64,000 nt of DNA, taken from an uncultured Candidatus Sumerlaeota bacterium (GTDB lineage: Bacteria > CAYMEV01). Shown here one piece after another: positions 10,049 to 20,508 of the stretch. The translations under genes and the position numbers were made by a program. The stretch spans positions 220,539 through 284,538 of the forward strand of contig CAYMEV010000001.1 of assembly GCA_964389675.1 (NCBI GenBank), written 5' to 3'. The notes beneath the pieces were generated by a model. The model was not told where the DNA came from, did no database searches, and saw only the letters and a program-made list of their open reading frames with translations. How positions within the stretch are numbered: position 1 is the stretch's first letter; each line of letters begins with the position of its first letter.

Positions 10049-11499
10049 CTAAAACTGGAAATAGATAAATTCAATGCTTTTCCCCCAGTTTCCGTTAAAA
10101 TATATATATCCGAGCAGCAAAAAGTAGGATGCCCATCTCACTGATAAATTAAGGTTTGCAATCTTTTCAATTGCATATTCATTATCCCTTCCCATCCATT
10201 CTATGAATATGAATACAGCTACCAGAACAATAATGGCTGATGCCTGTCCGCTTGACTGGAAACTTGGAACTGAGAACAGTGATGCAGAGAATATCTCCCC
10301 TATGTAGTCAAATGCATGCTTTAAGCTGTCTGCCCTGAAGAATATCCAGGCAAACAATGTAAGGGCAAATGTTGAAAATATCATAAATGCCTCTTTCAGG
10401 CTTGGTATTGCTTTCCCTTTTGCTGCAATATCCAGATTTGACCTGTTTTTGTTCATTAGCATAAGGGGAAGAAAATATGCTGCATTAAGAGCCCCCCAGA
10501 CTATAAATGTCCAGTTGGCGCCATGCCAGAAACCGCTTACTATAAATATTATAAAAGTATTCCTGATCTTTTGAAAATTTCCGCCACGGCTTCCGCCAAG
10601 CGGAATATAGAGATAGTCCCTGAACCATGTCGAGAGGGAAATATGCCATCGCCTCCAGAATTCAGCAATATCACGGGAAAAATACGGGAAGGCAAAGTTC
10701 CTTATCAGATTGAACCCGAAAAGCCTTGATGTTCCTATCGCTATATCTGAATAGCCGGAAAAATCGCCGTATATCTGAAAAGCAAAGAACAAAACACCAA
10801 GGACTAGAGTACTCCCGGAATATTCTGCAGAGTTGCTGAATATCATATTTGCATATATTGCGCAATTATCCGCTATCACAATCTTTTTGAAAAGCCCCCA
10901 GAGGATCTGCCTGCACCCGTCTGATGCCTTATCATATTCAAATTTTCTCTTTTTGAAAAACTGGGGAAGCAGCCGGGTTGCTCTTTCTATCGGTCCTGCT
11001 ACAAGCTGGGGAAAGAAGCTGACGAAAGCCGCGAAGGCTATAAGATCGCTTGTAGGCTTCATTTTCCTCCTGTAGACATCAATTGAGTAGCTTAATGTCT
11101 GGAATGTGTAGAAGCTGATCCCTACAGGCAGGATTATGTTTAATGAATTGGGCTTTATTTCCATACCGAAAAAGGAGTATGTGATTATAAAATTATCCAG
11201 GAAAAAATTATAGTACTTAAAAACCCCGAGAAGGCTAATGTTCACTTTAATGCTTATCCAGAGAATGATCTTCCTCTTATACGGGGTTTTCTGGTCTTTC
11301 AGCAAAAGCCCCACACTGTAATCTATGAGGGTACTGAAGATGCTCAATGACAGAAACCTCCAGTCCCAGCATGCATAGAAAAAATAGCTTGGGATAACGA
11401 CCAGGAGATTCTGGAGCTTCAGGCTCCTTTTGTGACAAACCAGTATAGAATGAGTACTATTGGGAGAAAGACTGCAAAATCTAAAGAGTTAAATAACAA
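10049..11499 (-). pseudogene. MBOAT O-acyltransferase (AlgI/PatA-like) with a 5' frameshift
   Basis: LPVGISFYTFQ, FFPQLVAGPI, FWRRWHISL and GFWHGA motifs. The typical N-terminus MLFNSLDFAVFLPIV (TTG 11499, GGAGG RBS) is in another frame; the shift is near 11428-11431. Confidence 0.8.
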
Positions 11500-11709
11500 T
11501 TGCTGTTCCTCCGGACTGAAAGGTCCTATGCATAATTCTCACACGCTTCAATGGACAAGAAATATTAATGTACTGCCATATTAAAGTCAAATCAATTTTT
11601 TTGCAAAAGCGGATAAAATTTTCTTGACCGGATATGATTATAAACGTATCATCGCTTGAACCTGCAGGTATGGCAAGTTACCGAAAAGACTGCATGTTCT
11701 GATAATAAT

Positions 11710-14700
11710 ATGAGAACAAAGAAAAATGCTTCTAATAATATTCCTGCCCTAAAAAAGACTATCCTTTCCATTGTCCTGTTTATTATAATATTTTCCCTGG
11801 CCACATGTCTTTTTATCATGAAATCGCATCACCTGGCTGGCATCAGATTATCTGTAAAACCCGTCAGCGGAAAAGATGCTGATTACAGCGTTTTTCTTAT
11901 AAAGGGGAAAAACCAGGCAATTCCCGCAATAGATGGTGAAACCAGAAACATCGGCGCAACAGGCCTATGGATACAGATGCCATCCTCTCAAAAAGATAAT
12001 ATTGAGAATCTGTCCCTGAGGATAGGGTCTGAGATTTACAGCTATGACAGGAAAAGCTTCTACAGCGCATGGAAGGAAATTGATGCTGATGAGCTCTCAG
12101 AAGTGGAGATAATGCAGGGTATTGACGACTATAATGCAAACAGGCCAGATATGATCACCCTCATGTCCCCTGATGAAATAAAGCTCCGCTCTTCCTTTTT
12201 GCCAGGATTATCAGGGCTTATTAACTATAAGGGTGATCCGGCCCTTCTCTTTCTGCCTCTGCTGATAAGCATTTTTGCATGTATTATGGTAATTCTTATC
12301 CTTGAAAACAGGATCTCTTCTTTTATCAGCATTAATAATACCCTTTTGTTCCTGCTCCTTTATACTGTTATAGCTTCTTTTCTGCTGCCTCATGGTATAA
12401 ACAGCACTTTTGCTTCCCTGCTTAAAGATATTCTGATTATTTTTGTAATCATAGGCGCATTTGCTTATCCTGCATTTCTAAAAAGATCCGGCAGGTTCTC
12501 CTTTGTAAAAGGCTCTGAAAGATTAAAGATCCCTGACTTCATCTTTCTTCTTATACCATTGACACCAATCATGCAGTATATTTTCCTGAACCAGAAAGAC
12601 CTGTCCATTAAGGACTCCATTCTGGCCTTCATGTTTTTTGCCTTAATAAGTGCTGTATTTTGCATTGGCATACCCGTCCTGTTTTCTGCTTTTGCCTCAA
12701 AAATAATACTTATTACAGTATCTTCCGGTTTCTTATATATAATTTTTAATATGACCGCATTATCAGCAGGCAATAAGTGGGTAGGCGGCAGGGGGCAGTT
12801 TGAGATTCAGCTCGCAGTCCTCTTAATAACCATCCTGGTTCTGCTTCTGGGGAGATTACTTCCAAAAAGCCTTTTCAATACAGCAGTGATAGCATTTTTC
12901 CTCGTAAACACCCTGGCAGGGTTCCAGGCAACAGGAAGCACTTCAGATACTCCCGAAGAAATCCGGGAACCGATATTGGTAAAAGAACTGGGGGACAGAG
13001 AGCCTGTCAGGGAAAACCACATCTTTCTGCTCGTTTTTGAAGCCTATGCAAATTTTGAGACAATGCTTCACTATGGATTCGATAACAGTGACCAGCTTGC
13101 ATACCTTGAAGAGAAAGGTTTTAATATATATGACAGTAGTTACTCACTCGGCCCCTGCACCCTTACATCAATGTCCCGCGTACTTTCCATAGACAACAGC
13201 CCGGCCGGTAATCCCAGGTCTCATATTGTGGGTGGCATTGTAACACGCCTTCTGGGCAAATACGGATATAAGACATACTGCAGGACGCCTAACAATTATC
13301 TCTACAGGGGGCTTGAGCCTGGAGATATAAAATACGACTTCTACTATCCCGAATTAGTAGCCTCTGAAAACCTCTCCATAATAATCAATGCAATACTTGA
13401 GGGAGAATTCCGGCATACTGCCGGTTTTGCCGAATTTGAAACGACCAGGTACCATACCTATCTTGAAAACAAAAGATATGTTCTTAAAAACAGGCACAGG
13501 ACACCCGTATTCATGTATTCACACAGCGGTGTCCCCGGCCACAGCCAGTCATCAGGCAAATGCCTCCCTGATGAGAAGTTTCTTTACTTTGCCGGAATAA
13601 AAAAGGCGAACGAGGAAATGAAGGAGGATATAGAAACAGTAATACAAAATAACCCCGATGCAATAGTAATAGTAGCAGGGGACCACGGCCCCTATCTTAC
13701 CAAGAACTGCGCATCCCTTGTATATCACAGCATGGAGGAGATTGACAGGTATGATGTCCAGGACAGGTATGGCCAGTTCCTGGCAATAAGGTGGCCAGAA
13801 AAGGAATATTCTGAAAAATTAGATATTAGGGTCTTTCAGGACATTATGCCTGCAGTCCTTGCCTGGTTATACGATGACCCTTCACTCTTCGATACTTTAA
13901 GGATACAGGACAGGATCATATCTGACAGGAATGTGACCGGGCAGGTATATGTTGATAACGGCATGATCGTAGGAGGCTTAAACGACGGCGAACCTCTGTT
14001 TAATGATCCCTCCTGCAGGAGTCGGGCCCATGCAGACATTGTACCCGGGTCAAATGCTGTTATCAGCCTGGCAGATACCTCTCTGGAGGGAACCTATCTA
14101 TGGTCATATGATGAAGATAGACAACCATCTATTTCTGCAGATAATTCCAGCTGGGAAAGAATATCAGAAATGGTTGCTGACAGGCTGAAAGCAGGCAATA
14201 TTACAGGAGATCAGCTCCCTGAGATAGTAGGCACATTTCCAGGGCACGGCCTGTGGTATTACAGCTTTTCTCATAATTCATGGATAAATATACTCGGAAA
14301 CGCATACACATTCGGCGATTTTGCTCTGATAAAAAAGGGCGCGAATGGAAAAGAGCAAATTTTCATCTCACTGGAAGGGCTGGGGCTGTATTTGGTAGAA
14401 TCCAGCGGGCAATACAAACGAATTCTGCCGGTAACTGCAGATTCCGTGCTCAGCGGCAGATTCAGTCAGTCCGCCGACTATCTCTTCATAGGGGTCGCCG
14501 GAAAAGGAAACCTTGACGGGTTATATGTATATAATGCCGGGATCGGTGAATTCACCAGGATAGTAAAGGATATTCCCCTCCAGATGGCATCAGCTGACAT
14601 AAACGGGGACGGCTATGATGAGATTATATGCGCATTCAGGCAGAAGGGCACCTACACGGGAATGTTCTCCCCTTCTGAACCTCATAAGGGAAACGAAGAA

Positions 14701-15102
14701 GAGATAAAGAAAAATCCTGAATTTATACTCTCTGATGGCATTGCTCTAAACCACAAATTCAGCAGATTGATCGGCCTGGAATGGGAAAGGATACTCAAGG
14801 ATGTTCCCGGGGACAGGTATTTAATCTCTTCAGCAGACATTGTGTCAGGCAATGGCAAAGAGATCTTCCTTACCCACAGCAATGCAACATATTATTATGT
14901 ACATGAAAACAGGGGATGGGTCAAATTCACCAAAAACCCTCTTGAAAAGATAATTTCTGGAAAATTTACAAAAAAAGGACAGCACGATGACCTCATTGCC
15001 CAGGACAGGTCCAATAACGGCATTTTCCTTTATATGTCCTCAAGCGGCAAATGGGAACAGATAGCCCCTTCCGGGAATGTGTCAGCAATGCAGGCCTTCT
15101 GA
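11710..15102 (+). CDS. Large membrane protein with alkaline-phosphatase/sulfatase-fold (LtaS/EptA-like) domain and C-terminal FG-GAP-like region
   Basis: About 9-10 TMs; VFEAY, PCTLTS, HSGVPGH and AGDHGP motifs; ADINGDGYDEI repeat motif. Confidence 0.65.
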   Translation: MRTKKNASNNIPALKKTILSIVLFIIIFSLATCLFIMKSHHLAGIRLSVKPVSGKDADYSVFLIKGKNQAIPAIDGETRNIGATGLWIQMPSSQKDNIENLSLRIGSEIYSYDRKSFYSAWKEIDADELSEVEIMQGIDDYNANRPDMITLMSPDEIKLRSSFLPGLSGLINYKGDPALLFLPLLISIFACIMVILILENRISSFISINNTLLFLLLYTVIASFLLPHGINSTFASLLKDILIIFVIIGAFAYPAFLKRSGRFSFVKGSERLKIPDFIFLLIPLTPIMQYIFLNQKDLSIKDSILAFMFFALISAVFCIGIPVLFSAFASKIILITVSSGFLYIIFNMTALSAGNKWVGGRGQFEIQLAVLLITILVLLLGRLLPKSLFNTAVIAFFLVNTLAGFQATGSTSDTPEEIREPILVKELGDREPVRENHIFLLVFEAYANFETMLHYGFDNSDQLAYLEEKGFNIYDSSYSLGPCTLTSMSRVLSIDNSPAGNPRSHIVGGIVTRLLGKYGYKTYCRTPNNYLYRGLEPGDIKYDFYYPELVASENLSIIINAILEGEFRHTAGFAEFETTRYHTYLENKRYVLKNRHRTPVFMYSHSGVPGHSQSSGKCLPDEKFLYFAGIKKANEEMKEDIETVIQNNPDAIVIVAGDHGPYLTKNCASLVYHSMEEIDRYDVQDRYGQFLAIRWPEKEYSEKLDIRVFQDIMPAVLAWLYDDPSLFDTLRIQDRIISDRNVTGQVYVDNGMIVGGLNDGEPLFNDPSCRSRAHADIVPGSNAVISLADTSLEGTYLWSYDEDRQPSISADNSSWERISEMVADRLKAGNITGDQLPEIVGTFPGHGLWYYSFSHNSWINILGNAYTFGDFALIKKGANGKEQIFISLEGLGLYLVESSGQYKRILPVTADSVLSGRFSQSADYLFIGVAGKGNLDGLYVYNAGIGEFTRIVKDIPLQMASADINGDGYDEIICAFRQKGTYTGMFSPSEPHKGNEEEIKKNPEFILSDGIALNHKFSRLIGLEWERILKDVPGDRYLISSADIVSGNGKEIFLTHSNATYYYVHENRGWVKFTKNPLEKIISGKFTKKGQHDDLIAQDRSNNGIFLYMSSSGKWEQIAPSGNVSAMQAF

Positions 15103-15257
15103 TCCAATATTATCCCTGGGTAAAGGGACCAATAATATTGATCTGAATCTTCTCATTTTGCTTGTTTCAGAAGCAGGATAATAATAAAAAACAATAGCAA
15201 TATTTTAATATTTGGATTAAAATAAGGCTTAAAACAAAACATACAAAGGAGATAACA

Positions 15258-16817
15258 ATGAAGAGAAATGCAGGGATATTATGGATTTATATAACTGCAT
15301 CAATAGCCTTGTTAATGGCTGTTTCATTTGCTTCCATACCTGTTTTAGCCGATAGCAGTAATAATGCGCCGGACAGTAATGTCCTGGAAAAAGTCCTTTC
15401 CGACTTTACAGAATATGCTGAACAGGCCAGAAAGGACTGGGGGATACCTGGAATGGCGATATCCATTGTCCAGGGAGATAAAATGATATATGCCAGGGGA
15501 TTCGGTATGAAGAAGCTTGGAGAAAGCGACCCTGTCGATGAGAATACTATCTTCCAGATAGGATCAACATCCAAGGCATTTACTGCTGCCCTCGTAGCCA
15601 TGATGATTGAAGAAGAGAAACTGGGGTGGAAGGACAAGGTCATCGATTATATTCCGGAATTCATGATGTATGACCCATGGGTAACAAGGGAATTCATGGT
15701 TTATGACCTGATGGCTCAGCACAGCGGAATGCCCGGGTATGCAGGGGATATTCTCTCCTTTGTCGGTTTTGACAGAGAGCATATTATTCACTCTATCAGG
15801 TATATAGAACCCAAAAGCAGTTTCCGTTCCGAATTTGCCTATATGAACAATCTTTTCCTGGTAGCAGGCGCACTGATAGAAAAGGTATCAGGAAAGACCT
15901 GGGAGGAAAACCTTCAGGAAAGAATTCTCAATCCCCTTCAAATGAGCAGTACAACATATACACGTGAGGGCTTTACAGGTTCTGACAATGTTGCTTATCT
16001 CCACAAGAACAAAAATGGCAAAGCAGTTCCTTTGCCTATGGACTGGAACTTTATAGACTGGGTATATACATACGGGCCGGCAGGCGGCATCAATTCCAAT
16101 GCTGTTGACATGGCAAAATGGGCAGCTTTTCAGCTGAACGGCGGCTTATATGACCAGAAACAGCTTATAAGCAGGAAAAATATGGATTATATGCATTCAC
16201 CTAAGACTATCATTGAGCAGGAAGGTTTCCCGGGAAGGAATTATTATGACCTTGCATGGGTTACCAGTGAGATTAAACCCTACCCGGCCTTTATATGGCA
16301 TACAGGAGGGACATCAGGCATAAAATCGCTTATCCAGCTTGTCCCTGAACTCGACTTAGGCTTTGTTTTCCTGACGAACATGTGTGACAATAAACTCCCT
16401 GAAGCACTCGCCAAGAGGTTTCTCGACCTTTACCTGGAGAAAACGCCCGGGGACTGGAGCGCTGAAAGCCTCAGGGAATATAAAGCCGGCCATGAGGATA
16501 AGGATATTGAAAAGCCTGAAGAGCCAAAGGCTAAACCCCTGCCTCTTGATGTTTATTCAGGAACTTACAGCAGTCCTGTCTATGGTGAAGTTAAACTGGA
16601 CATATCAGGCCAGAACCTCATTCTCACCATAGGGCCCAAAAAGGCAAAGTTTCTCCTGTCGCCATCAAACAGGGATACTTTCAGGCTGTCAATACCGGAT
16701 ATCGGAGGTGATTCAGGTTTTGTCACATTCAATATTAATGAATCCGGAACAGCTGACAGAATGGTGATAGAAGCCCTGAATGACGGCAATATAGGATGTT
16801 TTAATAGGACAGAATAG
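15258..16817 (+). CDS. Secreted serine hydrolase, beta-lactamase class C-like
   Basis: Signal peptide; STSK (SxxK), YMN and HTG motifs; C-terminal DUF3471-like domain. Confidence 0.88.
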   Translation: MKRNAGILWIYITASIALLMAVSFASIPVLADSSNNAPDSNVLEKVLSDFTEYAEQARKDWGIPGMAISIVQGDKMIYARGFGMKKLGESDPVDENTIFQIGSTSKAFTAALVAMMIEEEKLGWKDKVIDYIPEFMMYDPWVTREFMVYDLMAQHSGMPGYAGDILSFVGFDREHIIHSIRYIEPKSSFRSEFAYMNNLFLVAGALIEKVSGKTWEENLQERILNPLQMSSTTYTREGFTGSDNVAYLHKNKNGKAVPLPMDWNFIDWVYTYGPAGGINSNAVDMAKWAAFQLNGGLYDQKQLISRKNMDYMHSPKTIIEQEGFPGRNYYDLAWVTSEIKPYPAFIWHTGGTSGIKSLIQLVPELDLGFVFLTNMCDNKLPEALAKRFLDLYLEKTPGDWSAESLREYKAGHEDKDIEKPEEPKAKPLPLDVYSGTYSSPVYGEVKLDISGQNLILTIGPKKAKFLLSPSNRDTFRLSIPDIGGDSGFVTFNINESGTADRMVIEALNDGNIGCFNRTE

Positions 16818-16910
16818 GCCTTGTTCCAGGTATTGCCGGGCAAAATCTGATGCAATTCCTTATATGTCCTTAAATAAGAAATTCAGATTAGTAAATGGTG
16901 ACCGGTCAGA

Positions 16911-18020
16911 TTACCCCAGGGACCTTTCTATGATCATTTCAGCAAATTTTGGATCCGTGCTGAAGATATAATTGCCTGCCCTGGATGGTTCAAACATCTG
17001 CGGAATGAGCCTTTTTATCTGATCCCTTCCGGCATAGGAGAGAATTTTTTCAGAAAGGCTGAGTGAATCTACCAGCTCTGCCGTCTTTTCCATAATATCG
17101 AGTATATGAGCTTCCGCTTTGCTGTTTTTGATATAATACCGGATCAGTTCAGAGAGGCAGAAACCGGACGCCAGGCCATGAGGGACTTCCAGGTTCAGCG
17201 TAACCGGGTATGAGATGGAGTGGGCGATCGCGGTCCTTGTCCGGCTGATCGATAATCCTGCCAGAGTGCCTGCCCATTGCATTTTAGCCCTGTATTCAAT
17301 ATTACCCGGCTCAGTAAGGACAGCAGGCAATGCTATTAAAGCAAGCTCCAGTGACTGCATGGCAAAAGCCAGGGATACAGGCGTCCTGTTCCTGTTCCAG
17401 ATCGATTCAAGTGCATGTGAAACAGCATCAAGGCCCGTATTGAGAGTGATCTGGCCGGGAAGTGAAAGAGTAAGATCAGGGTCGAGAAGTGCTAATGAGG
17501 GATATACATGGTCATTTGAAAAGGAGAATTTCCTGCCTGTCTCAGTATCCCAGACCGTGGCAAAAGGCGTTACTTCCGAACCAGTCCCTGCAGTTGTGGG
17601 AACAGCGACAAGATATAATCCGGGCCCGAAGTCCGAATCCTTTTTTCTGCGGAATATATCAGAAAGGGACATCATCCCGGGGTTTGCAAGCATAACAGCC
17701 AGGACCTTTGCAGTATCAATCACGCTTCCTCCGCCAATTGCCAGGACTGAGGAAAACTGCTTTTCAGACAGGCTTCTGCGGGCATTGTCAATGCTTTCAA
17801 GCTCCGGATTAGGCGTGACACTGTCATATACCGCTACTTCTGACGGCTTTAATATATCCTGAATTTTCGGTATAAGCCCCTTTGCAGAAAAGGATGGGCT
17901 GGTGACGACCAGTACATTGCCTGATCGTATATTCTCAGAGACAGAAAAAAGGATGCCCCTTCCTGATTTTATCCTTACAGGATTATAGTGGCTCCATGAA
18001 TATTGGATGCTGTCAGTCAT
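16911..18020 (-). CDS. Phosphonoacetaldehyde reductase (iron-containing ADH family)
   Basis: GGGSVIDTAK, PTTAGTGSE, AHSISY and HG motifs; overlaps the Ppd gene. Confidence 0.85.
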   Translation of the reverse strand: MTDSIQYSWSHYNPVRIKSGRGILFSVSENIRSGNVLVVTSPSFSAKGLIPKIQDILKPSEVAVYDSVTPNPELESIDNARRSLSEKQFSSVLAIGGGSVIDTAKVLAVMLANPGMMSLSDIFRRKKDSDFGPGLYLVAVPTTAGTGSEVTPFATVWDTETGRKFSFSNDHVYPSLALLDPDLTLSLPGQITLNTGLDAVSHALESIWNRNRTPVSLAFAMQSLELALIALPAVLTEPGNIEYRAKMQWAGTLAGLSISRTRTAIAHSISYPVTLNLEVPHGLASGFCLSELIRYYIKNSKAEAHILDIMEKTAELVDSLSLSEKILSYAGRDQIKRLIPQMFEPSRAGNYIFSTDPKFAEMIIERSLG

Positions 18021-19137
18021 TTGCCTTTTTCATAAACATTCTCTTGTTCTCTTCAGGGGTGCTTTCAGGCCTTGAAAGGTCTTCTCTTGAACCGGGTTTT
18101 ATAATTATTTCAAACAGGACAGGCCCGCTGGTTTTATCTATCTCCTGCATGGCATTTTTAATGCTTTCTTCACAGCATGCACTGAAATATCCTGAATAGC
18201 CTATCGATTCAGAAAGGCCCTTAAAATCAATATTGCCTGCAACAGTGGGCTGTCCGCCTACTGATTCATGCGAGCTGTTATTAAGAAGTACATGGACAAG
18301 GTTTCCTGGCTTAAGGTCAGCTATAACAGACATCGAACCCAGGTGCATCAGGATAGAGCCGTCGCCGTCCAGGCAGATGACCCTCTTATCCTGCTTAAAA
18401 AGAGCTATACCAAGTGCAATGGAAGACGTATGCCCCATGCTTCCAACGGTAAGAAAATCACACATTGCTTCATCCCTCTCCAGGCGCAGTTCATAAAGCT
18501 CTCTTGATGTCTTGCCTGTTGTAGATATAAGAAGGTCATCAGGCTTTGAACATTTCAGGACTGCCCTTATTGCTGTTTCACGGAACATATTGCTTTTTAC
18601 GCCGGCTATCTTTGCGGATTTATAACTGCTGAAGGTGTTTTTCCTGATGATAATGGCTGATGGAGAATTTGTTTCACCGATCCTGGCAACGGCTTTTTTT
18701 ATTATCTCAGCATAATCTGAATCAGGGCCCATGATCTCATATGGTATTTCAAGTGTTTCAAAAAGCCTTAAAGTGATCCTGCCCTGCTTTCTGTGCTGGG
18801 GTTCGTCCTTTATTCCCGGTTCTCCCCTCCAGCCGACGATAAGAAGCAGAGGTATCCTGTAGACTTCCGGGTCAGTAAGCGAAGCAAGAGGATTGACAGC
18901 ATTTCCGATGCCTGAATTCTGAAGGTAAACAACCCCGGCCCTGCCGGTAGCAAGATGGTATCCCGCTGCAAGCGCAACAGCATTTCCTTCATTTGCAGTT
19001 ATAATATGGGACCTTTTATCCTGCTTATCATCGAGGCATGCGCAGAAGGCCTTAAGAAGAGAATCTGGCACACCGCAGAAAAAATCAAAGCCCCTTTTTC
19101 TCAGCTCGTCAAGAAAATCTCCTGGACAGATCATCAT
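18013..19137 (-). CDS. aepY: Phosphonopyruvate decarboxylase
   Basis: [19 protein letters not shown], and ThDP motif DGDG…NN. Confidence 0.95.
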   Translation of the reverse strand: MMICPGDFLDELRKRGFDFFCGVPDSLLKAFCACLDDKQDKRSHIITANEGNAVALAAGYHLATGRAGVVYLQNSGIGNAVNPLASLTDPEVYRIPLLLIVGWRGEPGIKDEPQHRKQGRITLRLFETLEIPYEIMGPDSDYAEIIKKAVARIGETNSPSAIIIRKNTFSSYKSAKIAGVKSNMFRETAIRAVLKCSKPDDLLISTTGKTSRELYELRLERDEAMCDFLTVGSMGHTSSIALGIALFKQDKRVICLDGDGSILMHLGSMSVIADLKPGNLVHVLLNNSSHESVGGQPTVAGNIDFKGLSESIGYSGYFSACCEESIKNAMQEIDKTSGPVLFEIIIKPGSREDLSRPESTPEENKRMFMKKAND

Positions 19138-20435
19138 TTACCTCCGGGTATGAGCTCCAGTATCTCTTTTATCGACATCAACTGACCCTCTGACTCCAAA
19201 GCCCTGCAGTTTTCAAGGATAGACCTGGCGGTGCTGATCATGGCAGGGTAAGCGCTTCTGATCAGCTGGTTGGCGTATATGACTATATTTACACCGTGTT
19301 TTATCAGTTCATCTTCCGTTATTGTATTGTAGCTTGTCGGCACAACAACAAGCGGTTTTTTATTCCCAAGCCCATTATACCTCCTGCAGAACTCAATAAC
19401 TTCATCAGGCTTTTTGCTCCTGCTGTGGATCATGATCCCGTCAACTCCGGCATTCAGGTAGCTTTCTGCCCTCTTTATGGCATCATCATGCCCCTTTCCC
19501 AGTATCAGGCTTTCTATCCTTGCAATTATCATAAAATCGTCCGTTGCCTGCACCTTCTTGCCTTCCTTTATCTTATGGCAGAAATTCTCTATGCTGTCCT
19601 GTGTCTGTTCTACCTCAGTACCGAATAGGGAATTCTTCTTAAGGCCGGTCTTATCTTCTATTATTACTGCAGAAACACCCAGCCTTTCAAGGGTCTTTAC
19701 GGTAAAGACGAAATGCTCCGTTCTCCCCCCTGTATCACCGTCAAATATGATAGGCTTGGTGGTAACCTCAAGCACATCATTAAGGGTCCTTATCCTGGAT
19801 GTCAGGTCAACTGCTTCAATGTCAGGCTTTCCCTTGGCGGTTGAATCAGTAAGGCTGCTTGCCCACATTCCGTCAAATTCCCTCCTGCCATTCTGTGTAT
19901 CAATATGCATATTTTCAACTATGAGCCCGGTAAGCCCGTTATGTATCTCCATTATCCTTACAATGGGCTTTACCTGTATAAGCCTCCGCAATGTCCTCCG
20001 CCTGAGGTCCGGCGTTGTGCCTATCTCCTGCAGTGCCCTGTTAAGCTGTGTTGATGAAATGCCCTTGGTGTAAGGAACCTCCACAAGCTTGCCGTTCCAT
20101 TCTGCAAGGGCTTCTATAACCCGCTGGCGGGTTTCTTTCTGAACGCCCTCTTTCCAGTCATCGCCATGGACTACATAATCCGGCCTGAGCTTTTTAAGGT
20201 TGGGAACATAATCAAGTGTGGTCTGTGCAACAACATCCCTGACACCCTTGATATTTTCCACTATTTCCTTTCTCTGCTCATAGGTCATATATGGCAGGCG
20301 CTTATAGCTTGCTATTGCTTCGTCAGTCAGAAGGCCTATTGTAACCTCCCCATATTCCAGCGCTTTCTTAATGATGTTCAGATGCCCTGGATGAATAAGG
20401 TCTGCACTCATACCCACATATACCCTCTTTTTCAT
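19134..20435 (-). CDS. aepX: Cytidylyltransferase-phosphoenolpyruvate mutase fusion
   Basis: N-terminal DLIHPGH (HxGH) domain; PepM signature [10 protein letters not shown] (EDK-X5-NS); ATG 20435 has an AAGGAG RBS. Confidence 0.95.
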   Translation of the reverse strand: MKKRVYVGMSADLIHPGHLNIIKKALEYGEVTIGLLTDEAIASYKRLPYMTYEQRKEIVENIKGVRDVVAQTTLDYVPNLKKLRPDYVVHGDDWKEGVQKETRQRVIEALAEWNGKLVEVPYTKGISSTQLNRALQEIGTTPDLRRRTLRRLIQVKPIVRIMEIHNGLTGLIVENMHIDTQNGRREFDGMWASSLTDSTAKGKPDIEAVDLTSRIRTLNDVLEVTTKPIIFDGDTGGRTEHFVFTVKTLERLGVSAVIIEDKTGLKKNSLFGTEVEQTQDSIENFCHKIKEGKKVQATDDFMIIARIESLILGKGHDDAIKRAESYLNAGVDGIMIHSRSKKPDEVIEFCRRYNGLGNKKPLVVVPTSYNTITEDELIKHGVNIVIYANQLIRSAYPAMISTARSILENCRALESEGQLMSIKEILELIPGGK

Positions 20436-20508
20436 ATCAGTACTCCTTTTTTGCACTGCCGGACAGCACTAATGGCCTCAAATCTATAAATAACCGTGAA
20501 AGCTAAAT

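Noticed and set aside
15258-16817. Beta-lactam resistance gene
   Set aside because: The motifs identify only the broad serine-hydrolase family, which is mostly peptidases and esterases
16911-20435. Fosfomycin or other phosphonate antibiotic cluster
   Set aside because: No radical SAM methyltransferase, epoxidase, resistance kinase or exporter; the neighbours are envelope-polymer genes
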